DNA from: an uncultured Gammaproteobacteria bacterium
GTDB lineage: Bacteria; Patescibacteriota; Microgenomatia; Daviesbacterales; UBA10151
DNA: 64,000 nt
Direction of reading: 5' to 3'
Assembly (NCBI GenBank): GCA_964393525.1
Contig: CAYMTV010000002.1
Location: forward strand, 23,001-87,000
Of the stretch, positions 57,248-64,000 are shown piece after piece; the first letter of the stretch is position 1; every line of letters begins with the position of its first letter. Made by a program: the position numbers and the translations under genes. The notes beneath the pieces were generated by a model. It did not search any database, was not told the DNA's origin, and saw nothing but the letters and a program-made list of their open reading frames with translations.

Positions 57248-59379
57248 GATTTTAAAGCAAACAATATCTTCAGAGTCTTATTACCGGAGTATATTAAACT
57301 CAAAATTAAAGTAGCAAGTAATATTAAAAGTGGTAGTTTTGGTATATCCCAATAGATTAGGTATTTAAACCACCAAAAATCAGGGGTTCTTTCATAAACT
57401 TGAGTATGTAATTCCCAAAATCTCCACGGGTCAGTAATGCTTTCTCCGTATGTATTATATTTATATCCCATCGCCGTACCTAAGGAAGAAACATAAGGAA
57501 AATCCAGGCTTTCTAAATTGATAGGGGTATCATTAATTGAAAAAGCTATTAACCCTAAGATTTGCTTATGGTTTTTTATAACAGTTTGGTCTTTATAGTT
57601 TACATTAATCACAAGTTTATTATCCTTATCTTTTAAAAGTGATTGTTTAACCGGTAAAACAAAAATATTTCTTTCCTTTGCCTCAAGGGTTAACGGCTGA
57701 TCCGATAATGACTGACCATTAAGAGAGATATTTACTATCGCTTGGGAACCTGACTCCGTAATCGGATGATTTATAAGTCCGAAGGTTAATTTTTTAACCG
57801 TGTCCTTTTTAAAATTATCAAATGATATATAACCTGTTCCTTCAATTACCCTCCATCTCTCCGGTCCAACCGGAAATGAAAAATCTATACCGTCATAGAA
57901 TTTAGCATTATATTTACCATGGTCGATAGTTTGCGGGATGGATTGCGGAAGGGCTCTTAACTTTTTTGACATCTGTATTATAGGCGAAAACCTGGGGATA
58001 AAATTGCTGTAAGTATGGGTGGTAAACTCTGTAGCATTGACAAAAAAATTAGGTTGTAAATCATGGTATTTAATCTGGTAAGGCATAACCACTCCAAGCA
58101 TATTAATATAAAAACCTAAAATCAGAAGCGGAAGGAAAATAAATAGTTTCTGATACCTGGATAGATTTTTAAAAATGCTACCGATTATCAATACCCCAAA
58201 AGGCAAAAGAGGTATTAAATATCTGGGACCCCAGCTCGATTCACCATGCCAGAGTCCGGCAATTCCCTGATCAGGGCCGCCCACACTATACTGAGTAGCA
58301 TAAAAAAGTACATAAATTGCTGATATGGCAATGAAAACCAGAGTCTCGTTTAAAGCTATTTTTTTGATCTTGTTCCAGAATAAGATAATTAGTAGAAAGA
58401 TCGGGGAATATATAAAGATACTCCTCCCGGAAGAGAATAATTGACCATACAACCCTTCAAAAAAGATTATCTTAGGAAGTCGTTGTAAGGGGATTGCCGT
58501 CCTGCTTGCCAGAACAAAAGGGTTTGCCAGGTTTTCAGTCCCCCCTGCCCTTAGATTTTCAAACCAGAAATAGACTACTAAAAGAGGTAAAAATCCAAGC
58601 GTAAAAATAAGCAGATTTTTTAATAAATGGTTTTTCCGAAAGCCCGTTAAGAAGTCTGTTACTGATGAAAGGCTAAATTTAGGTTTTGATAACAAAAGAA
58701 AATATAACCCTAAAGGGATTGCAGAAAGTATAAATGTCTGGTTATAAGTAATACTTACCATCCCAAAAGAGGCCCCGGCAAATATTAAAAACAACTTTTT
58801 TTTAGTTTGAAAATATTTTTTTATAAGGAAAAATGCTAACACTAAAAAAGCTGTAAACATCATATGAGGGAAGGAATATTTAGCGTATGGAAGTAGATTG
58901 GTTGTAAACAACCCTGCAAAACTTATTAATAATGCCTGTTTTTTGGATAATCCCAATTCTAAAAGATACAAAAATATGGTTACTCCTAAAACAGCAGCAA
59001 AAAATCCATTAGTAAATGATGCTGTTAAAAGTATTAACCAGTCATTTTCTAAAGGAAAATGCACCGGAGGGGATATGTTATAGATCTTATAGACCAGGTC
59101 AGTTACCGCCACAGCTGGCAACATCGCTAAGGAAAAACCTAATCCAGTAGGACTATAGGTATTGCCATCTTTTCCTAAATAAGTACTTAGGTGTACGTTC
59201 TCCCTCCTATTATATTCATATACTGGTGCAGTTGGCTTCCCTTTGTAATAAATATTTCTGGCAACAGCCAAATACTGAAAACCATCCTGTGAATCAATAA
59301 CCCCGGAAGAAAGAAGAGAAAAAGTAGCTAATAGGAAGAAGAAAAAATATATCAGGAGCTTTTTCACGACTTTTTCCAT
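57244..59379 (-). CDS. GT-C fold membrane glycosyltransferase-like protein (711 aa), tandem paralog 2
   Basis: Same architecture as 55067-57247. The N-terminal 210 aa and C-terminal ~55 aa are near-identical to the neighbour; the central extracytoplasmic domain has diverged. Confidence 0.5.
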   Translation of the reverse strand: MEKVVKKLLIYFFFFLLATFSLLSSGVIDSQDGFQYLAVARNIYYKGKPTAPVYEYNRRENVHLSTYLGKDGNTYSPTGLGFSLAMLPAVAVTDLVYKIYNISPPVHFPLENDWLILLTASFTNGFFAAVLGVTIFLYLLELGLSKKQALLISFAGLFTTNLLPYAKYSFPHMMFTAFLVLAFFLIKKYFQTKKKLFLIFAGASFGMVSITYNQTFILSAIPLGLYFLLLSKPKFSLSSVTDFLTGFRKNHLLKNLLIFTLGFLPLLVVYFWFENLRAGGTENLANPFVLASRTAIPLQRLPKIIFFEGLYGQLFSSGRSIFIYSPIFLLIILFWNKIKKIALNETLVFIAISAIYVLFYATQYSVGGPDQGIAGLWHGESSWGPRYLIPLLPFGVLIIGSIFKNLSRYQKLFIFLPLLILGFYINMLGVVMPYQIKYHDLQPNFFVNATEFTTHTYSNFIPRFSPIIQMSKKLRALPQSIPQTIDHGKYNAKFYDGIDFSFPVGPERWRVIEGTGYISFDNFKKDTVKKLTFGLINHPITESGSQAIVNISLNGQSLSDQPLTLEAKERNIFVLPVKQSLLKDKDNKLVINVNYKDQTVIKNHKQILGLIAFSINDTPINLESLDFPYVSSLGTAMGYKYNTYGESITDPWRFWELHTQVYERTPDFWWFKYLIYWDIPKLPLLILLATLILSLIYSGNKTLKILFALKS
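58732..59096. repeat. 365-bp near-identical segment, copy 2 (partner of 56612-56976)
   Basis: See copy 1. Confidence 0.9.
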
Positions 59380-60899
59380 GATAGCATTAACTTTGCAAGC
59401 TTTATATCATAAATCTTAAGTCTGAATCCAAGACCTGCGAAAATTACCGTATAGATTATTCCGCTTAAAATAAATTCAAACCAATTCTTGGGTGAAAAAT
59501 GAATTAACCTTATTAGTATGAAAAACGCCAGGGAAAAGATAAAAATTTTTAGGTAAAACTGATACGGTATCTTAAAATCCACAAACTTTTTAATTATAGA
59601 AGTGAATACAATACAAAGCCCGAATCCAGCGAAAGTACTGGTAATAGCTGCACCAATAACCCCAAATTGCCAAATTAAGATTATGTTTAAGCAAATATTT
59701 ATAACTGCCACAATTGTTAATACACGCAACCTTTCTTTAACCTTTCCAATCCCTAATGTAATAATCCCTGTAATTGAAGAAGTCAACACGCCAATATAAG
59801 CTAAAGAAAATATCGACAGGGAGATTTCTAAAAAATCCAGCCATTTTAGACCAAAAATCAAAGCTATTGTAGAGGATGGAAACATAATAACAAACAATGA
59901 AAAATAGACACCGATAAAGGGGATAATTTCGTAAACTTTACTTATTAGGTACCTTAACTTTTTTTTCTCTCCCTCGTAAAGGTGTGAAACCAAGGGAAAG
60001 AGGATGCTGTTTAATGGCGAAAACAATACGAGGGGGATTGAGGCAATTGGAACAACAACATTATAAATTCCTACCTCCTTAACCCCTTTAAGTAACGTTA
60101 AAAGAAAAATATCTGATGACACAAGCAATGAATAAATAAAAGTGGTTAAAAAAGCCGGTAAGGCGTATTTGTATATCGATATAAATATTTGATGGTCCCA
60201 AGACAGGTTATTGGCTGATAATATCCGGTGTCTAGTCCAAAGCAAATACAAAAAAACGACAGTTATAATTGAATACCCAAAAATCCAGGACAGGGCATAA
60301 AAGATGGGCGCATTTAGGTCTACTGCCAGAAAAGTCAAAGAGAAAAATAAAACTAAAACTGACCTTAAGACAATTATTAGTGAGTAGTATTTTGGTTTTT
60401 GCAGTCCGGTAAAAATCTGTAGAATACTATTTAAGATGCTGTTAATTATTAAAAACACACAGAAAACATAAATTAGATACTCGCTTCCAGAAACTTTAAA
60501 ATAGTTCTTAGCTAAAAATGGCGCCAGTATTATCAAAATAAGGGAAATTATCATCGAGACTGCAAATTGGATAATTTGGCCATATGTATAGGCATTCCAG
60601 ACTTTTTTATACTTTTTTGACTTAAAGTATTTGGGGATAAAGTAAACAATAGCTTCCCCAAAACCCAAATCCGCGTGGACAGAAATTATGCTAAAAAAAC
60701 CAAATACCGCATAAAACAAACCGTAATCTTCAACCGACAGTGACCTAGAATATAACACCCTGATAAAATAGGCCAACACTGCCCCTAAAAAGCTTAGAAC
60801 TAGAACTATTACACTCCCCCTAATAACATTTTCTGAAAAAGACATATTGCCAAGTATAACTAACTTAAACACTTTTTGTACATTAATTATTTTCCACAA
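59364..60899 (-). CDS. wzx: Wzx-like polysaccharide/oligosaccharide flippase (MOP superfamily)
   Basis: About 14 TM helices with a Polysacc_synt-type N-terminus (IRGSVIVLVLSFLGAVLAYFIRVLYSRSLSVEDYGLFYAVFGF). The true start is probably the internal Met (MSFSEN) near 60845. Confidence 0.7.
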   Translation of the reverse strand: MWKIINVQKVFKLVILGNMSFSENVIRGSVIVLVLSFLGAVLAYFIRVLYSRSLSVEDYGLFYAVFGFFSIISVHADLGFGEAIVYFIPKYFKSKKYKKVWNAYTYGQIIQFAVSMIISLILIILAPFLAKNYFKVSGSEYLIYVFCVFLIINSILNSILQIFTGLQKPKYYSLIIVLRSVLVLFFSLTFLAVDLNAPIFYALSWIFGYSIITVVFLYLLWTRHRILSANNLSWDHQIFISIYKYALPAFLTTFIYSLLVSSDIFLLTLLKGVKEVGIYNVVVPIASIPLVLFSPLNSILFPLVSHLYEGEKKKLRYLISKVYEIIPFIGVYFSLFVIMFPSSTIALIFGLKWLDFLEISLSIFSLAYIGVLTSSITGIITLGIGKVKERLRVLTIVAVINICLNIILIWQFGVIGAAITSTFAGFGLCIVFTSIIKKFVDFKIPYQFYLKIFIFSLAFFILIRLIHFSPKNWFEFILSGIIYTVIFAGLGFRLKIYDIKLAKLMLSWKKS

Positions 60900-60918
60900 T
60901 TTGATATGATTTTCAACA

Positions 60919-61770
60919 ATGTTTCTTAAGCAAGCTGTAGCTATTGCCTTAATTACCTATTATCCAAAATGGTACGTAGGTAAATTAAAAAAAATCTCTA
61001 ATACCGATAAAGTCAGGGGCGATTTGGCATTGGAATTTATCCAAAAAGCAATTAATTTGGGTTATCAAGTCGTTGCAGTAGATGGTCACAGTTCTAAAAG
61101 CTTTCTAAAACAGTTAAACCAGTTTTCAGAGCTTAAAATTATTAAACGACGTGGCCATAAACGATCCCCTGCCAAAAGACAGGCTTTTAAAGCAGCTTCA
61201 AACCTTTCAGAAGTTAAAGTAATTATTGCTACTGAGGCTGAGAAAGTTTCTTTAATTGACTTTCTTGAAGTCTTAGTAAAACCGGTCCTTGAAGAAAAAG
61301 TAGATATAGTTGTTCCAAAAAGGCAGGATGACTTATTTAGGGAAACTTATCCGGATTACATGTACGAATCAGAGATGGAAGGGAATAAGCTCTGCAATGA
61401 GCAACTTAAGCTTAGTGGAATTCTTCCCAAAGATGCAAATGAATTAGATTTATTTTTTGGACCAAGGGTATTTAAAAATGATAAAAAAGTTTTAGCACTT
61501 TTTTTAAGGAAATTTCTTTTCTCTAAAGAGCATTTTTTAGGTGAATATTTTGATCCTGAGGAACTTGCCAATACTCAATTTTCCCCAGTAATTATAGCTT
61601 TAAAAAAAGGCTTTAAGGTAAAAAGTGTTACTGTGCCTTTTTCTTACCCAAAGGTACAAAAGGAAAACGAAAGCATAGGCGCCAGAGAAGCTTTTGAGGG
61701 AAAAAGGGGATCTCAAAGAATGGGACTTTTACTAGAATTGATGCATTTATTGAATTACTTAAAGAAATGA
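60919..61770 (+). CDS. Hypothetical protein with an alternating beta/alpha (Rossmann-like) pattern, possibly an NDP-sugar-transferase-like fold
   Basis: 283 aa with no TM. Contains VVAVDGHSS and VDIVVP hydrophobic beta-strand-like segments. No confident family motif. Confidence 0.35.
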   Translation: MFLKQAVAIALITYYPKWYVGKLKKISNTDKVRGDLALEFIQKAINLGYQVVAVDGHSSKSFLKQLNQFSELKIIKRRGHKRSPAKRQAFKAASNLSEVKVIIATEAEKVSLIDFLEVLVKPVLEEKVDIVVPKRQDDLFRETYPDYMYESEMEGNKLCNEQLKLSGILPKDANELDLFFGPRVFKNDKKVLALFLRKFLFSKEHFLGEYFDPEELANTQFSPVIIALKKGFKVKSVTVPFSYPKVQKENESIGAREAFEGKRGSQRMGLLLELMHLLNYLKK

Positions 61771-61828
61771 ACCCAAAATGCCATTTGTTCACAATTGTGA
61801 ATTTTTGGTACAGGTTTAGATTTCAAAT

Positions 61829-63049
61829 TTAAGATTTGTTTTCTATATCTTTAAACTCAGGTGTCAGAAAAACTCTTGCCTCTATTTCATCAGCAATTCT
61901 TTCAGAAGCTTTGCCATCTGGTTTATATCTTTCCATTCTTCTTTGCAGCAATCTTTTATAATCATCATCCAAAAGGACACCATTTAGCACATTTCTCATA
62001 TCTTCTAAATTAGTAATAAGTGGACTAGTTTTATCCTCAATAACTGGCACCCAAAGTCCTTCCATAGCTGGATGTTCTCTGAGAATTTGTGGTATAACTA
62101 CACTTCCAACAGGCACTTGCCAAGCAGCAGCCTGTAATGCGATGGTTGATCTCTCCTGAAATAAGGCACTTGAGGCTGCTATTACTAGGTTAGCATCTGA
62201 TACTAAATCTGAGGTTGCATAAATTAGTCGCCTGGAAAAAGGACTTAATAATTCTTGGTAAACTCTAATATTTTCTTTGTCAGCAGGGTGAAATCTCACT
62301 GCCAACATCCAATCCAATAATTCTAAATCTCTTAACCCAGAAAGAAAAACTTTAAAAGATTCTACTGTCCCTTTTCCAACTTGCCCAAACCAGGTGATTA
62401 AATCAACGTTTTTTGGCACTCCTAACTTATTCCTAATCTCTTCCCAAATCTTGGTTTTATCTGCATTTGCGATACTATCAAAAGCCGGCTGGCCTAGAGC
62501 CAATACTCTATCAGAAGTTATTGGATAACCTTCAAGCTTTAAAAGTTCAGCTTCCTTTGCCTGCTCATTCATGACAAATAAAATTCCGGGAGCGGCGTTT
62601 GGATTAGTTCTGATTTTTTCACCCAGAGAATCTATATATGCAGCCGGATAATCCTCAACTGCAAAGGTTGGGATACCTCTTTCCCTGCCAAATGCGTTTA
62701 AAGTAGCATCAAAATCAGGGTTAGAAGACATGCCGGTAATCATTGCATCTGGCTTCAATCTTTCTACTCTGGACAAAGGATTAACTGACCTTGAGCTATT
62801 AAATCCTGCAGAACGAAAAATACCTTCAGCTCTTCCTCTTAACAGCCCATAGACTTCCCAACCTCTTCTATTTAGTTCCAACGCAACTGGCAGGATAGCG
62901 TTAGATTGACCAGTATCCATAGCTCCAACAACTGCTATCTTAGGCTCTCTTTCCTTATTATTTGGAGCAGAAATTAAAAGTAATTTTGATTCCTGAAAAC
63001 CTGGGTCGAAAAAGCCAAAAAATTCTGGTGACAAATTAATTCTACTCAT
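61829..63049 (-). CDS. GT-B-like protein resembling the TagB/TagF (Glyphos_transf) polyol-phosphate transferase / capsule family
   Basis: C-terminal RFHP followed by TSDLVSDANLVIAASSALFQERSTIALQAAAWQVPV resembles the TagF HP motif plus D..L...D.LITDYSS..fD...L.KPVI. N-terminal Rossmann-like KIAVVGAMDTG. Confidence 0.4.
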   Translation of the reverse strand: MSRINLSPEFFGFFDPGFQESKLLLISAPNNKEREPKIAVVGAMDTGQSNAILPVALELNRRGWEVYGLLRGRAEGIFRSAGFNSSRSVNPLSRVERLKPDAMITGMSSNPDFDATLNAFGRERGIPTFAVEDYPAAYIDSLGEKIRTNPNAAPGILFVMNEQAKEAELLKLEGYPITSDRVLALGQPAFDSIANADKTKIWEEIRNKLGVPKNVDLITWFGQVGKGTVESFKVFLSGLRDLELLDWMLAVRFHPADKENIRVYQELLSPFSRRLIYATSDLVSDANLVIAASSALFQERSTIALQAAAWQVPVGSVVIPQILREHPAMEGLWVPVIEDKTSPLITNLEDMRNVLNGVLLDDDYKRLLQRRMERYKPDGKASERIADEIEARVFLTPEFKDIENKS

Positions 63050-63067
63050 AAATTCTATATTATAAGT

Positions 63068-64000
63068 TCAAGCATATGTGGTGGAAGCCTCACTTTTTTG
63101 GAGAACGTTAAATAAATCCTCAACTTTAGTTTGTTTCTTTTTTGTCCCTCTTTTATATTTATTTAGGCGCTTTTTATAGATTTTATTGTCTGGCAGGATT
63201 ATATTAAATAGCCCCGCATCGATCATATGTTCTGCCTCCTCATCGGTAAAAAGCCTCTCGGTCATCTTTTCCTTATCTCTTGCACCAACAATTTTTAAAC
63301 CAATTTTTTTACCATTGCTATACCTTTTAATAAGTTCACTGGCTAATTCATAAATATTATACTTAGGCATCTTTAAAACAAATATCTCGCTCCCTAGCAT
63401 CTTTGATGTAGCCAAAAATACCAAATGAACCGCTTCCTGAATGCTCATGAAGTACCTTTCCATATTTTTATCAGTCACTAGTACTGGCCCGCCTTTTTTT
63501 ATCTGCTCCATCCAAAGTGGCAAAACCGAGCCTCTCGAGTTTATTACATTTCCAAATCTGACAACAGCAAATTTAATTTCAGGGTTGCCAGAATAATTGG
63601 GGGCAGAAACTACCATTCTTTCCATCATCAGCTTGGTAATTCCCATAAAAGTATTCGGATAGACTGCTTTGTCGGTCGAGATTGCTACCATTTTTTCTAC
63701 CCTGTGGTCGATCGATAAGTCAATGACGTTTTGGGTGCCAACAACATTAGTTTTTATTGCCTCAAAAGGATTGTCTTCGCAAAAAGGGACATGTTTTAAA
63801 GCTGCAGCATGAAAGACGATGTCAATATTATTAAACGCCCTGTCTAAACGATCCTTATCTCGGATATCACCGATTAGAAATCGCAGAATTTTTAAGTTTT
63901 TTGCAAGCTGGGAAAATTCCTGACGAAGGTAAAATTGTTTAGTCTCATCCCTTGAGAAAATTCTAATTTGTTTTGGGTTGAATTTAAGAAGTTGTCTCAC
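63068..64000 (-). CDS. UDP-GlcNAc 4,6-dehydratase family (PseB/FlaA1/CapD/PglF-like), C-terminal ~310 aa. The gene continues beyond the window end.
   Basis: IRIFSRDETKQ...IGDIRD...DIVFHAAALKHVPFCEDNPFEAIKTNVVGTQNV...STDKAVYPNTFMGITK is close to PseB-type extended SDR dehydratases. Confidence 0.8.
   Translation of the reverse strand: MRQLLKFNPKQIRIFSRDETKQFYLRQEFSQLAKNLKILRFLIGDIRDKDRLDRAFNNIDIVFHAAALKHVPFCEDNPFEAIKTNVVGTQNVIDLSIDHRVEKMVAISTDKAVYPNTFMGITKLMMERMVVSAPNYSGNPEIKFAVVRFGNVINSRGSVLPLWMEQIKKGGPVLVTDKNMERYFMSIQEAVHLVFLATSKMLGSEIFVLKMPKYNIYELASELIKRYSNGKKIGLKIVGARDKEKMTERLFTDEEAEHMIDAGLFNIILPDNKIYKKRLNKYKRGTKKKQTKVEDLFNVLQKSEASTTYA

Noticed and set aside
56778-59083. Two identical 61-aa plus-strand ORFs (56778-56963 and 58898-59083)
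   Set aside because: They lie antisense inside the identical 365-bp gene-conversion tract of the two GT-C paralogs. They are by-products of the repeat, not independent genes.
1-64000. Search for CRISPR arrays, transposases/IS elements, integrases, tRNA/rRNA genes and toxin-antitoxin or defence cassettes
   Set aside because: I found no regularly spaced direct repeats, no DDE/transposase-like ORFs and no tRNA-like structures in any intergenic region. All sizeable ORFs are accounted for by division, cell-wall, glycan or housekeeping functions.

Overview
This 64 kb window is AT-rich (roughly one-third GC) and densely packed with genes, almost all on the minus strand. The gene content and compact layout fit a reduced-genome bacterium such as a CPR/Patescibacteria member (my inference). 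There are two blocks.

Block 1 (1-19.8 kb, minus strand) is a division and cell-wall (dcw) cluster: ileS (partial), ftsZ, ftsA, ftsQ, murG, ftsW, mraY, a MurF-like ligase, a truncated MurB-like protein, murE, ftsI, ftsL-like and mraZ. It is followed by a hypothetical protein, glyQS, recO and a DUF4012-like protein. Upstream of ftsI (its neighbours mraZ, ftsL) the cluster is broken and rearranged: rsmH (mraW) sits about 7 kb away on the opposite strand, and murC, murD and ddl are missing from the cluster. Several Mur enzymes look degenerate: the MurF-like protein has an altered P-loop, the MurB-like protein lacks its C-terminal domain, and MurE lacks its N-terminal domain.

Block 2 (about 20-64 kb) is a roughly 44 kb locus for building a cell-surface glycan or glycoconjugate. 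It contains:
- an initiating phosphoglycosyl transferase
- about six GT4 and six GT2 glycosyltransferases, two of the GT2s DPM1/GtrB-like polyprenol-phosphate sugar synthases
- two hexapeptide acyltransferases
- a WbpB/WbpD/WbpE-like trio for a UDP-2,3-diacetamido sugar
- a PseB/CapD-like dehydratase and a TagF-like protein
- Wzm and Wzt ABC transporter subunits plus an FkbM methyltransferase
- a Wzx-like flippase and an O-antigen ligase/polymerase-like protein
- at least eight polytopic GT-C-like membrane proteins, including two paralog pairs.

One paralog pair is a tandem duplicate carrying a 365-bp near-identical gene-conversion tract. One GT4 gene is interrupted by an in-frame TGA; TGA is a genuine stop elsewhere in the window. 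I found no tRNA, rRNA, CRISPR array or transposase.

The most plausible novel system is this combined locus: ABC-transporter export, Wzx/Wzy-type machinery and multiple GT-C enzymes together, embedded next to a degenerate dcw cluster.
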